A stretch of DNA of 53,950 nucleotides from an uncultured Chloroflexia bacterium (GCA_963827295.1 CAWHAI010000016.1:1-53950), one strand, 5' to 3'; shown: positions 1-10,091, counted from the first letter of the stretch. Numbers and translations are program-made. The notes: generated by a model not told the origin, from the sequence alone.

Positions 1-148
1 TTTTATTTGGATTTATGCGAGTATTTGATTATGAAATATATGCTTTCTTTAGGAACTTTTCATCGGAGTTTGACGCTAGGGAGACAGTTGCGACAAGCGA
101 TGAGTACCGCAAAATTAGAGTGGACATTTTTTAAGGGGAGGTGGCTAG

Positions 149-587
149 ATGGCAAGAATCGAAGAAAGCGTGGAGATCAAGCGTCCGGCCGACAAGGTGT
201 TCGCCTACACGACTGACGCGAAGACTTGGACGAAGTGGCAGTCGACTTTTCCAGAAGCGGAGCAGACGTCCCAGGGATCCGTGGGTGTCGGCACAACGTT
301 CAAAGGGATGATCCACATGATGGGCCTCACTATGAAGTGGACTGCAAAGGCCACGGAATACGAGCCAAATAGGAAGTTCGGTAAGAATATTACCTGCGGG
401 AGCATTACTATTGAACAGCACAACACCTATGACCCCATAGAGGGAGGCACAAAGTTTACCATCGTTTACAATATGAAAGTGGGCGGGCTCATGAAGCTGT
501 TTTCGCCGATGATAGTAAGCTCGACACGCAAGGCGTTAAAGAAGGCTCTGAGCAACTTGAAAAGCCATTCTTGAAGCACAGACTTAG
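149..587 (+). CDS. SRPBCC (polyketide cyclase/START-like) family protein
   Basis: The N-terminus 'IEESVEIKRPADKVFAY..D...W..W' and C-terminal helix 'ALSNLK' are typical. The ORF as given stops at 574; removing one A near 561 gives '...NLKAILEAQT*' ending at 587. Confidence 0.85.
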
Positions 588-646
588 AATCGTTATGCCT
601 CCACAGCTCTACACACTGAGCAGGTAGGGATACTTATCTAAGTCAC

Positions 647-817
647 TTATCCCCAAATGACTGAACCTGGTGACCACCTGTTGAAAAAGTCACTAATAAG
701 CAAGCTATGCAGGATGTCCAGAACGAAACGATTGGTCAGATGCAACATTTGGGCATTCTGTTGAGTCTGCTCGTCACAATGTTTAGCGCTTCTGCAAAAT
801 CGAGTCTTTTGGAACAT
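647..817 (-). CDS. small hypothetical peptide (56 aa)
   Basis: The ATG at 817 is preceded by GGAGGAG. It is divergent from the GGDEF/HD-GYP gene. No recognisable family. Confidence 0.45.
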   Translation of the reverse strand: MFQKTRFCRSAKHCDEQTQQNAQMLHLTNRFVLDILHSLLISDFFNRWSPGSVIWG

Positions 818-1129
818 TGTGCTCCTCCGCAAGTACTACTCCGTGAAACGAGCAATCCCTAACTAACACCAGTTTCCACATACTTAATCTTGATTCGACT
901 CCGAGCCTGTGGATGACAATGTTGCCCCAAACACTGCGATCAACGATTGTACTTGCCCACTCTGATGTACTTGGGTGATGTTACGTGGAACCAGAGGTAC
1001 TGCTCTCCATTGTGACCTTTGTCATATTCACAAGTTACCTTTGTAATATTGTATGGGATCCCTGTTGTCGCATAATGTTGATGGATACATTCAGTCAGTG
1101 GTTTGGGATAGAGATGGTGATTTGAACAG

Positions 1130-3700
1130 ATGCATAGCTATTCGTTAATCCCATTGGTAGCCATTTTAGCCTATCTCTTGCCTGCAACGATAGTCCTCCG
1201 TGATCCAGCAAAGAGAAGCAACAGGCTCTTCTTGGTCTATCTGGCTGTTTCCGTGGTATGGAGCTTGAATAGCTTTCTAGCCCTTGCCAATTTTTCCCAG
1301 GGACAGTTTTGGCTGTGGGCAGGCCTCTTGCCAATTACCGGCCTGTGGGCAGTTGTTAGCTATTTTCACTTCATTGGTTCAGTCACCCAGAGTAATGTAA
1401 AGGTATGGCTGTTCGGAGCATATGCGATCATATTTATCCTTGCCATCATAGCTTTTACTGGCAATGCCCCTGAGGTTCTCCAACGTTCGGTCAACGGTGA
1501 AGTAAGTCTAGACTACTTACCTTGGCTGTATTTCACGCTTGTTGGCGGGGTATTCTTCGTCGGGCTGTCCGTATTGCAGCTGCTGCAGACATACCGCACC
1601 CAAGAGAACCCTCTAACTCAGAATAGAGTTATCTATTATTTGCTCGGCGCTGCTCTGTTGTCGGTTCTCAGTCTCAGGACTGTTATCCCTCTATTCCAAG
1701 AATATCCGCTGGAGATTCTCGGCAATCTAGGCAATGTCTTGCTGATCGGCTATGTCACTTTCGGCTATAAGCTGCCCGATATAAGGTTAGTCTCTAGAAA
1801 ATACTTCTCGCTTCTGCTTGTAAGCGCTGCAACAGCTATATTTTATGTTCTTGTATTCTGGGGATTACACCATTCCATCCGTACTTGGACAAGCCCGACT
1901 ATATTCGGTATTTCGATACTGGTATTTGTTACGCTTCTGCTGTTTTATCCGCTGACAATGCGCCTTCAGAAGGAAGCGAACAAGTTGTACTATGGAAAGA
2001 GCTACGCCTATCGGCAGATGATGTTACATCTAGGTCAGGAAGCCAAGAATATAATTGACCTCAACGAGCTAGCGGAAGCAATTTTGGGGCCAATAGTAAA
2101 TGCAATGAATGCTACCCAGGCAAGCCTGCTGCTCTCCAATGATGGCCTTTTCACCTCGCTGTTCGCAAAACGCCTGACAGAAGGAGAGCGCGTCATGCCT
2201 GTAACATTGACTGAGGATAGCCAGATTGTAAGAAGGCTTGCCAGCACAGACAAACCACTCTCTCGAGAGCTAATAGATAGAGCACCTGAGTTTAGCGAAC
2301 TGTGCGAGCTAGACAGGATCGTCATTGAAGAAGCGAAAATAGAGTCGTTCTTCCCTATGAAGAACAAGGGCAAGCTGATTGGAATACTTGCGCTGAGCAA
2401 ACGACTATGGGGTGGTTCTTATTCTGATGACGATATATACCTCCTTCAGAAGCTACTGGATGATGTAGGAGCAGCCCTATACAACGCTCAGCTCTACGCT
2501 GAAGCTAAGGATAAAGCTCATTTAGATCAGCTGACAGGGTTGCTTAACCATGGCTATTTCCATGAGCGCGTTGAAGAGGAGATTTCAAGGTGTTCTCGTT
2601 TTGGAGATGTGTTTTCGGTTGTATTTATGGATTTAGACTTCTTCAAGACATTTAACGATACACACGGCCATCTGGCGGGTGATGATGTCCTCAGACAAAT
2701 AGCACAATGCATAAGGCGATCGACCAGAGTGATGGACGTAGCATTTCGGTACGGCGGAGATGAGTTCGCTATTATACTGCCACAGGCACTCCTTGACGAT
2801 GCTTACAAGGTGGCAGACAGGATACGTATTAGCGTTGAAAAAGAGATGGACACCAAAGGGGCTGCATTGACCTGTAGCATAGGATTAGCATCGTGGCCTA
2901 CCGATGGAGTGATTCGGGAGGACATTCTCAAGGCAGCAGACACCGCTTTGTACCACAGTAAGAAACTGGGCAGAAATCGAATAACTTTGGCCCCAGATGT
3001 AGTCGATTCACAGGAACCTGAAATTGTACTTGGTCAAAAAGGAGAGTCGGCGATACTGAGCACGATACGTGCCTTGGCAGCTACAGTTGACGCAAAGGAC
3101 CACGGTACTTATGGCCATTCGACAAAAACTAGTAAATACGCAACGCAGATCGCTAAAGCTCTCGGATACTCTAAAGTGGCAATAGCCAGAATCCGAGCAG
3201 CCGCTTTGCTGCACGATATCGGGAAGATTCGAGTTTCCGACGCATTGCTTAGGAAGCGTGGCCCTCTGAATGATAATGACTGGGAACAAATACGCGTTCA
3301 TCCGACACTAGGCGTAGCGATACTGAGACACGTCAAGGGATTGAATGGATGCCTTCCCGCCATTCGGTATCATCATGAGCACTACGATGGTAGTGGCTAC
3401 CCGGGAGGCATACAGGGTGAAGAGATCCCCCTTGACGCCCGGATCCTGGCTGTAGCCGATGCCTATGATGCAATGACTTCGCCACGCCCGTACCGTGGGG
3501 GCAAATCAACTCATGACGAAGCTATTGCTGAACTGAAACGCTGCGCTGGCACTCAGTTTGACCCAGAAATTGTAAGAGTGTTCGCTGCCCAGTGGGAAGA
3601 TGTTAAACCAACCCATACAAAGGTTAGACCGGCTGGGTCGACTGCTCCGAGACCGAAGAACTTGATGACTGAAGACTCGGATGTGATACATGCAAGGTAG
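1130..3700 (+). CDS. membrane-bound diguanylate cyclase/phosphodiesterase (multi-TM sensor, GAF, GGDEF, HD-GYP)
   Basis: Hydrophobic N-terminal ~280 aa; GAF-like 'FFPMKNKGKLIGILAL'; 'RVMD..FRYGGDEF' with an RxxD I-site; 'LLHDIGK' and 'HHEHYDGSGYP'. Confidence 0.93.
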   Translation: MHSYSLIPLVAILAYLLPATIVLRDPAKRSNRLFLVYLAVSVVWSLNSFLALANFSQGQFWLWAGLLPITGLWAVVSYFHFIGSVTQSNVKVWLFGAYAIIFILAIIAFTGNAPEVLQRSVNGEVSLDYLPWLYFTLVGGVFFVGLSVLQLLQTYRTQENPLTQNRVIYYLLGAALLSVLSLRTVIPLFQEYPLEILGNLGNVLLIGYVTFGYKLPDIRLVSRKYFSLLLVSAATAIFYVLVFWGLHHSIRTWTSPTIFGISILVFVTLLLFYPLTMRLQKEANKLYYGKSYAYRQMMLHLGQEAKNIIDLNELAEAILGPIVNAMNATQASLLLSNDGLFTSLFAKRLTEGERVMPVTLTEDSQIVRRLASTDKPLSRELIDRAPEFSELCELDRIVIEEAKIESFFPMKNKGKLIGILALSKRLWGGSYSDDDIYLLQKLLDDVGAALYNAQLYAEAKDKAHLDQLTGLLNHGYFHERVEEEISRCSRFGDVFSVVFMDLDFFKTFNDTHGHLAGDDVLRQIAQCIRRSTRVMDVAFRYGGDEFAIILPQALLDDAYKVADRIRISVEKEMDTKGAALTCSIGLASWPTDGVIREDILKAADTALYHSKKLGRNRITLAPDVVDSQEPEIVLGQKGESAILSTIRALAATVDAKDHGTYGHSTKTSKYATQIAKALGYSKVAIARIRAAALLHDIGKIRVSDALLRKRGPLNDNDWEQIRVHPTLGVAILRHVKGLNGCLPAIRYHHEHYDGSGYPGGIQGEEIPLDARILAVADAYDAMTSPRPYRGGKSTHDEAIAELKRCAGTQFDPEIVRVFAAQWEDVKPTHTKVRPAGSTAPRPKNLMTEDSDVIHAR

Positions 3701-3817
3701 CGAGCCCAAAAGAAGTCTTTTTGAGAGTGCCTCCGCACCAGAGTAATCTTACGTCGCCAACTACCCCCGATTCAGAGCGCCCCTGCTGAAAGCTTTCGCT
3801 CCCTATCAAGGGAGCAC

Positions 3818-4831
3818 TCAGCGTATCCCGGTATCGATATCGATATTTAACGTAATTGTGTGCCCTGATTTTATCTCTATCTTCTTCGGAACATTAGTGA
3901 CGTGGCCTATGCCCACATGGTTAACATCTACAGTATATTCCCCAGCCTTTAACTCAACCCGATAATAGCCAGTACAATCTATATTTACTTGCTGTAGCAG
4001 TTTTGTCCCGCTCTTATCGTAGATAAGTATCTTTCTAGCCTGATAGGCTTCACATGGCACAGGGCAAGGAATTCCCGGCCGCTCCACCGGGCATATAGGG
4101 CCGATCGTCACCTTGCCCTCAAGTATGCCAGTATCTTGATGGTTTGGACTGGGTGTTGGTGTTGGCCAGCCTTCAGGTATGCCAGGATGCGCCACAATCA
4201 TTTTAGCCACAGACTGGGGTTTCGGTTTCCCCTTGGTTACCACGGTTACGTAACTGCCAACATTAGGTCTTTTATCCTTGGGACTATATGAAGTCTCGTT
4301 GCCGAGGATAGTGAACCGATAGCTTACGCCATGGATGTCCTTAATCGTAATGTTCCCATTTCCTTTTGAATCTATGCTGAACTCGGTGACTATGCCAGTC
4401 TGGCGATGCTGTCCCAGCACCTCGAGGCGCTGCATAACCACAAACAACACGGCCTCGCCAGCAAACGCTCCGGCGGAGGTCTTGCTGACATTGATAGCCA
4501 GAACCGCTACCCTATCCCCTTGAAGTTCCGAGAGGTTCCCTCCCAGAGCAGCCTTGAATTTATCTAGCTTGACCCATCCCGCCTCTCCCAGGATCTTAAA
4601 TCTGGTCATATCATTGAGCGCCACTACAACATCGCCGCTGTGCTTGGTGTCAATGGTTACATTCCCATTATTGACCGCAATAACGTTGCCGAGGAATACA
4701 CGCCACTGGTCTTGCACGTCCAGATTCGTATTTCTTGACGCAGCGGAGCTATCAGCGAAAACGCTGCCTACGCTGCCTAATACTAACCCGGCTGCTAAGA
4801 TTAAAATGCAGATAGTTCGAAAGGCTTTCAT
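3818..4831 (-). CDS. secreted hypothetical protein (two beta-rich DUF5666-like repeats, PT linker, C-terminal carboxypeptidase-regulatory-like domain)
   Basis: Signal peptide ending 'VFA'; 'WPTPTPSP' linker; 'GILEGKVTIGPICPVE' domain start. Confidence 0.7.
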   Translation of the reverse strand: MKAFRTICILILAAGLVLGSVGSVFADSSAASRNTNLDVQDQWRVFLGNVIAVNNGNVTIDTKHSGDVVVALNDMTRFKILGEAGWVKLDKFKAALGGNLSELQGDRVAVLAINVSKTSAGAFAGEAVLFVVMQRLEVLGQHRQTGIVTEFSIDSKGNGNITIKDIHGVSYRFTILGNETSYSPKDKRPNVGSYVTVVTKGKPKPQSVAKMIVAHPGIPEGWPTPTPSPNHQDTGILEGKVTIGPICPVERPGIPCPVPCEAYQARKILIYDKSGTKLLQQVNIDCTGYYRVELKAGEYTVDVNHVGIGHVTNVPKKIEIKSGHTITLNIDIDTGIR

Positions 4832-4920
4832 CTTTCACGTCCTCTCCCTGAGATATTGCCCGCTCAATATATAAGACGAAAAATATAGCCAAAAAGTTTC
4901 CTTTTTCTTACTGCCAATCC

Positions 4921-5586
4921 CTAAACCCAGTGAAGTTCCGGCTTGCCATCCGAAATAACAAGATATGAGCAGGAATCGTAGAAGTCCCCGGCATTAGCGA
5001 TGAACTGATTCTTCCTGTACTTGACGAACTCTGAGTGTGTGTGACCGAAAACCACAGACCTGCTATCGGCCCACAGTTGCAGGTTCGCCTCGATAGTCCC
5101 CACGAGCTTGCTGTAGTTCTTATCCTTGCCCCGCTTCTTTAGTTCAAACGGCGTGCCCCATATCCTGTGATAGAGCCATGGCGCGCACTTCTTCAATGGT
5201 GTGCCCAGAATCCTCCTCCAGATGTTTTTCTCCACCGGGTCGAAATCATGTCCGTGTACAAAATGGACTTTGTCTGCGGAATACTCCGAGCGGATTTCTG
5301 CAGGTTCCAGTTGTTCTCGATATTTGGGTAAATCCCTGTCATGATTCCCCACTATCAGCACTGTTTTGATGCTCTTTGCCACCGATTTTAAGTGCTCCAA
5401 GGCTTCGCGAGCGGGGCCCCAACTCAGGATATCATCCAGGTTCTTCTCCCACACCAGCTCAAAAACATCGCCACAGCCGATCAGCCAGTCGGGCTTCTCC
5501 GTCTGAACCATGTCCAGAAACTTGTGGAACCTATCGTAGTTGGCTGTAGTCCCGATATGCACGTCTGAGAATGCATAGACTTTCAT
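4921..5586 (-). CDS. calcineurin-like metallophosphoesterase (LpxH-like)
   Basis: Motifs SDVHIG, GDVFE, GNHD, HGHDFD and GHTH. Confidence 0.9.
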   Translation of the reverse strand: MKVYAFSDVHIGTTANYDRFHKFLDMVQTEKPDWLIGCGDVFELVWEKNLDDILSWGPAREALEHLKSVAKSIKTVLIVGNHDRDLPKYREQLEPAEIRSEYSADKVHFVHGHDFDPVEKNIWRRILGTPLKKCAPWLYHRIWGTPFELKKRGKDKNYSKLVGTIEANLQLWADSRSVVFGHTHSEFVKYRKNQFIANAGDFYDSCSYLVISDGKPELHWV

Positions 5587-5728
5587 TCCCTGCCTCCCGC
5601 TTCTAGAAGTATTTGCCCTTTAAAAATCTGAATTCCCGATATTCTTGGATTTCTCAAAAACCGAAGTATGCGCCATACTTGACATAATGTATGCTTCGGT
5701 GCCACTCCCAACCAAGATTCACGCTAAA

Positions 5729-6315
5729 CTAAACAACGATATATTGCACCATCGCTCCCAGATAGATAATGCCCCACAAAATCCACCCCCGGAATGGAAG
5801 AAGAAACGCAGTCTGAGCTTGGTACTGGCAAAATTCTTGACCGAACTGATGCCTGAGTCTGGTGCTTTCCTCGTAGCGAGAAGCGATTGCTGCAATTACC
5901 CAGAGAATCGGAGTTAGAAGAAAGAGATCGAGAGAGGCAAAGGCTAGAACCGCGCCGCTGATGAGCAGAACATGTCCCACGTAGAGAGGGTGTCGCGTCC
6001 AGCGGTAAGGCCCCTTGGTGAGCAGGGCTTCGGGCATGGACCGCATTTGCCCGGGTGCGCGAAGAATAAGTGGCACTGCCGCTATTAAAATAATAAGCCC
6101 TGCTATGAGCATAACAACCCGGTAGCTGCGGTAACTCCGTCCGTCAAATGATAGGGCGACTTTAGAGCGGCCACTATCCACGGACCGTACAGAACCGCAG
6201 AGTTGAAGATGCCAAGGAGAATCCCCTTCCGAGTTTTCTGCAGTAATCTGTATTCAAGCCAGCCAATCGGAAGAACAAGAACAGAAAACAAAGGCAATAT
6301 AAGTGGTGAAATCAT
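5729..6315 (-). CDS. isoprenylcysteine carboxyl methyltransferase/PEMT family membrane protein (frameshift near 6120)
   Basis: Motif 'LLTKGPYRWTRHPLYVG...EE..L...FG.E...Y'. ORFs 6103..6315 and 5729..6181 join into one protein. Confidence 0.85.
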
Positions 6316-6406
6316 CTTGTTTCGCCACAGGGGCGTCTAATAAGGAGGCGGCCAGATTTTTTAACTGAACTCATCGCCAAAATCCTTGCCCCCTTTTAAT
6401 TCCACT

Positions 6407-6958
6407 CTAACTTCTAGAAACTGGTTGCGACGATTTACCCCGCCGTAATATTCTACGAGTAATTGCGGCAGGACTCCACGTCTTGTCCACCCAGGCTTTT
6501 TTGGTGGCGTTGCTGATGATACCAGCACACAAATTGATTACCTTCTGGGGGCCAAACCACGAAGCAAGGTTAGTGGATACCATAGGTGATATGCCTGCGT
6601 TGCTAATCAAGGCCCACCCGAATAAGGCGGAAGGGACTAGGGTAATCAGATTGGGTGTCTGCTCAATAAGCTGCAGACGCACCACGTCAGGCCACATTGG
6701 CCTTTTCACCCTGTGGTAGTCTTTTCGGAAGGCGACTATATACCCGATAGCCCATGTCGCTATATAGCTCAAGTTGCTTGCTATTGTATAAGACAGCACG
6801 ATATCCCATTTGGAAAGATGGAACGTGTAGGTAGTAAAGTAAGCTACCGCAGTCCTGAAGGCGAAAGCGCTGCAGCCGCCAAGGAATTGCACTATAACCA
6901 GCTTGCCGCTCAAATATCTTTTCGCTATTTCAACCGCTTTCGATTTTATCTTCTTCAT
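6407..6958 (-). CDS. hypothetical membrane protein
   Basis: 183 aa ORF with hydrophobic segments; an upstream promoter lies at 7150-7179. Confidence 0.65.
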   Translation of the reverse strand: MKKIKSKAVEIAKRYLSGKLVIVQFLGGCSAFAFRTAVAYFTTYTFHLSKWDIVLSYTIASNLSYIATWAIGYIVAFRKDYHRVKRPMWPDVVRLQLIEQTPNLITLVPSALFGWALISNAGISPMVSTNLASWFGPQKVINLCAGIISNATKKAWVDKTWSPAAITRRILRRGKSSQPVSRS

Positions 6959-7149
6959 GTTTCTGGCTTAGCTCAGATTTGCTCAAGCGAGGACGAATTT
7001 CTGCAGCACTTTGTCGGATTACTTAAAGAGCTTAGCAGGCATTTCTCATTTCAAGTCTTGATGGAGCCATACTTCAGCCTGATCGCCGTTGAAAGCAACA
7101 CAGAGGCTATAAGCAACTCGATAAGTTCTTGGACAAACTAGTTACACGA

Positions 7150-7179
7150 ATTATAAGGTGGAGAAACGGGACAAGTCAA
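7150..7179 (-). promoter_or_regulatory. sigma70-type promoter TTGACT-N18-TATAAT
   Basis: Near-consensus hexamers pointing toward the 6407..6958 gene. Confidence 0.65.
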
Positions 7180-7284
7180 AATCTGAGAGCTCTTCAAGCT
7201 GAGGATAGCCTGAGCAAGTGATTGGGGAAAATTATAAATTTATATGTCCCCGGCAGTAGTTAAGTAAATGTAAGATAAGGTATC

Positions 7285-7314
7285 TTGACTACAATTTTGT
7301 ACGAGTGTCATAAT
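7285..7314 (+). promoter_or_regulatory. sigma70-type promoter TTGACT-N18-CATAAT
   Basis: Near-consensus hexamers with an extended -10 TG, directly upstream of a structured non-coding segment. Confidence 0.55.
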
Positions 7315-7318
7315 CACT

Positions 7319-7440
7319 CCGCCACGACGTTCCCTCACTCGATAGTGGCGGTTTGCTCTCCCTTGCCGGGTCCATGGGGACAAGCGCTTAATGGGCGACG
7401 TCGAATGGTGATGGTGTACCAACGAGAACAAGGGTGAGCA
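7319..7440 (+). ncRNA. candidate structured RNA, family unknown
   Basis: Stems CCGCCAC/GTGGCGG (7319-7351) and TGCTCTCCCTTG/CAAGGGTGAGCA (7354-7440). It lies between two + strand promoters. Confidence 0.4.
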
Positions 7441-7454
7441 CTTACTGAGAAGAC

Positions 7455-7483
7455 TTGACCTTTTGTAACATATTGCCTAAACT
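7455..7483 (+). promoter_or_regulatory. sigma70-type promoter TTGACC-N17-TAAACT
   Basis: Lies upstream of the 7531 gene. Confidence 0.55.
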
Positions 7484-7530
7484 CAGGTAGTTTTCTCAAT
7501 AACTAACCTGCCGAGAGTAGAAGAGGATAT

Positions 7531-8163
7531 ATGATTGCTGGAATTTTCGGCGGGGGGATAATTTGGGCAACATGCTTCATCCTTTTCCTTGTTTTCCCTG
7601 GACCTCTGTCTTTTGCCGCAGCTTTGCTTGTAGGGCCCAGCGTCAGTGGTTATTTTGTTGCGCGGCTGGGGGGCTCTAGAGCAGCTTTTGCTCTGACAGT
7701 TATGGGTTCTATCGCAGCTTTGGCTTTGAGCGTAATATATTTGCCCGATACCTCATGGGAATACCCACATCACCTTTGGGCAGGAGTCGGCATGTTAGCT
7801 ACCTTGTTGGTTCTAGGAAACTTCATATTTTCATTATTTGGTGGTTCCATAGGGATTCAAGTTAAAGGACTCAAAAAGTTCAAAGAGACGCCTTCCCCGA
7901 AAGAGATCGTAGAACCGGAAAAGGACAAGATTTCAATAGGAACCGCACCCGTGATGCCAAGTTTCTTACAGACTAAGATGGCAGACCTTGAGATGCAAGA
8001 GTGGCATTTACAGAATGACCTCATATTGATCAAAGAAAAGAAAGGGTTGGAGGAGTTTTCTCCGGAACTGCTAGGGGAGAAACAGAAAGGGCTTGAGACA
8101 CAGTTAGTGGATGTCATCCTGGAAAAGGAAAGGTTAATTCGCAAAGCCGTGGCAAATCGGTAG
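7531..8163 (+). CDS. hypothetical membrane protein (4 TM plus C-terminal coiled coil)
   Basis: GAGG RBS, hydrophobic N-half, charged helical C-half. Confidence 0.75.
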   Translation: MIAGIFGGGIIWATCFILFLVFPGPLSFAAALLVGPSVSGYFVARLGGSRAAFALTVMGSIAALALSVIYLPDTSWEYPHHLWAGVGMLATLLVLGNFIFSLFGGSIGIQVKGLKKFKETPSPKEIVEPEKDKISIGTAPVMPSFLQTKMADLEMQEWHLQNDLILIKEKKGLEEFSPELLGEKQKGLETQLVDVILEKERLIRKAVANR

Positions 8164-8221
8164 AAACCACCGAAGTGTCACTCAATAAAGAGAAGTATGG
8201 CGCGAGACTGTCAACTGCTCA

Positions 8222-8984
8222 CTAAGAGCGGTAACTTGGGAATACCGTACAGGAAGGGTCAGGACAACTCCAGGACATCGTCTCGATATTATAGTCAAGT
8301 TTTAGGTGTCGATGCTTGGGACAGCACAGGCTCTCATGGCACTGCCAACATACATCTACCCGTGGATTAGGATTTAACGCCCAACATTTGCGGCATCTGG
8401 ACATCTTGCCCTTATTTTGAACCTGCCGAAGCATGTTCTCCATTTGGAACCACCACTTCTTATCATGCAGCAAGATATCTCGCTCTACTACACCTAACTC
8501 ATCGAAATAGAGACAACTGGATTCCAGTCTACTGAAGGGGCACAAGTAGGTGTTTTTCGGTATAGAATTTCTTACACCACGAGCATTGTGTACTGTAGAA
8601 TAGAGCAACCGTTAGCGGCACACTGCTAGATTTCGCCCCGGGCTTTGCTTTTGGTTCCTTCTTGGGAACAGTTCCAGAGGCAGTAAACTCATATCCGTCA
8701 CGGAGGCATCTCAACTGAGTCTCGGCCAACTGTTGTACTTTGTGAGTCCAGCAGACAGGGCATTCGGCCGGGCTGTTATCGTAATCGGCACGGTTAGTTG
8801 GGTCGGATAGGACTTCGTATGCCTCTATGATCTTCTGGAACTCCCCTTGTGCCGGTGCTTTCAGCCTGGACTCTGAATGATAAATTGTCATAAGTCTTAG
8901 GTATGCTTGCTCAATATCCTCCTCAGACGCATCCTTGGTCAGCCCAAGAATTTGATAGTACATATATCTTCGTGTCAAAGTCAT
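8222..8984 (-). CDS. J-domain-like protein with multiple Cys-pair (Zn-binding) motifs (frameshift near 8540)
   Basis: J-domain pattern 'YYQILGL..DASEEDIEQAY.RL...YH...FQKIIEAYEVLSDP..RA.YD'. CxxC motifs: CPVC, CSWC, CRKC, CWQC. Confidence 0.75.
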
Positions 8985-9369
8985 GGCTCAATATCGCTGA
9001 CTTATTTTGCTATAGGCACCCCAACCGCCACAGTCTGGTTTGGCACCGAAACCCCGCTCCCACCCTTCACCCAACCCTCGCCTTCTCTCTTTGGCATTTA
9101 CCTCAAGCCACCATTTCTTGCGACATTCTACGGCGATGCGTTTACCCGCTACTTGAATTGTGACGGGGAGAGAGAGTTACAACAATCCTACCTAGGTACT
9201 GTTCTATTGATTACTTTGGTATCATTGCGAGTGGTGCACCATAGGTGAAGCAGTGTGCCCCACTCCCGCAGCAAAAAATTTGCAGTTTGCAAATTGTAAA
9301 ATCCAGGGCCGTGCTATAATCTACGAGAACAACTGGGCGCGGAAACCACGCTTTTAAGGGCCGAAAACA

Positions 9370-10026
9370 ATGCAAAAGGAAATCCAGTTAACCGACGGCT
9401 CGATTTTGCTACGACCTTACCGTTCCAGCGATGCTAAAGCTGTTCACAAAGCAGTGCGGGAGTCCCTCCCCGAGCTCTCAGTGTGGCTGCCTTGGGCCCA
9501 CCCTGATTACTCCATTGAGGAAAGCAGAACATGGATTGCGTTATGTGCCGAGATGTGGGCTAAAGGCACTGAGTTCAATTTCGCCATCTTGGGCAAGCAA
9601 AACGGTGCTTTCTTGGGTGGCTGTGGACTGAACCAGGTCGATCTCGCGAACCACTTCGCCAACCTCGGCTACTGGGTCAGGAGCAGGTACACAGGGCAGG
9701 GAGTTGCTACCACAGCAGCGCAGCTAGTAGCTAGTTTCGGGTTCAAGGAACTTAAGTTGAAGCGGATTGAGGTCGGCGCTGCCACCGACAACGTAGCCAG
9801 CCAGCGTGTGGCCGAGAAGCTGGGCGCTACTAGATTGGGAATTCAAATAGCTCAGATGGTGTTCCGCGACAAGGTCTATGACAGGGTTATTTTCTCGCTA
9901 AATAGGAAGGACTTCAAAAAAAGTGGACGGGGTTTAATCCGTTTGCCGAGCCTGTCTAAGGGGTTTGTCCAGCGCTTGTCCAGAGGGGCGTCTGACCGTA
10001 GAGAACGCAAAGAGCACAGAGTTTGA
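9370..10026 (+). CDS. RimJ/RimL-type GNAT N-acetyltransferase
   Basis: Motifs 'ANLGYWV...GQGVAT' and 'N.ASQRVAEKLG'. Confidence 0.9.
   Translation: MQKEIQLTDGSILLRPYRSSDAKAVHKAVRESLPELSVWLPWAHPDYSIEESRTWIALCAEMWAKGTEFNFAILGKQNGAFLGGCGLNQVDLANHFANLGYWVRSRYTGQGVATTAAQLVASFGFKELKLKRIEVGAATDNVASQRVAEKLGATRLGIQIAQMVFRDKVYDRVIFSLNRKDFKKSGRGLIRLPSLSKGFVQRLSRGASDRRERKEHRV
9995..10021 (+). repeat. ACCGYAGAG-type dispersed repeat (left arm)
   Basis: ACCGTAGAGAACGC is identical to 30601-30614. Confidence 0.6.
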
Positions 10027-10091
10027 GGTTGTTTAGAAATAGAGTAGAGCCAATTTTTCGGGGTTAATGTGTCTCTTCTCTGCACTCGTTG

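Noticed and set aside
7300-7412. HDV-like ribozyme or fluoride riboswitch
   Set aside because: Only partial motifs are present (CGAATGG; GGTGATGGTGT). P1 is weak, L3 is too long, and the fluoride pseudoknot partner is missing.
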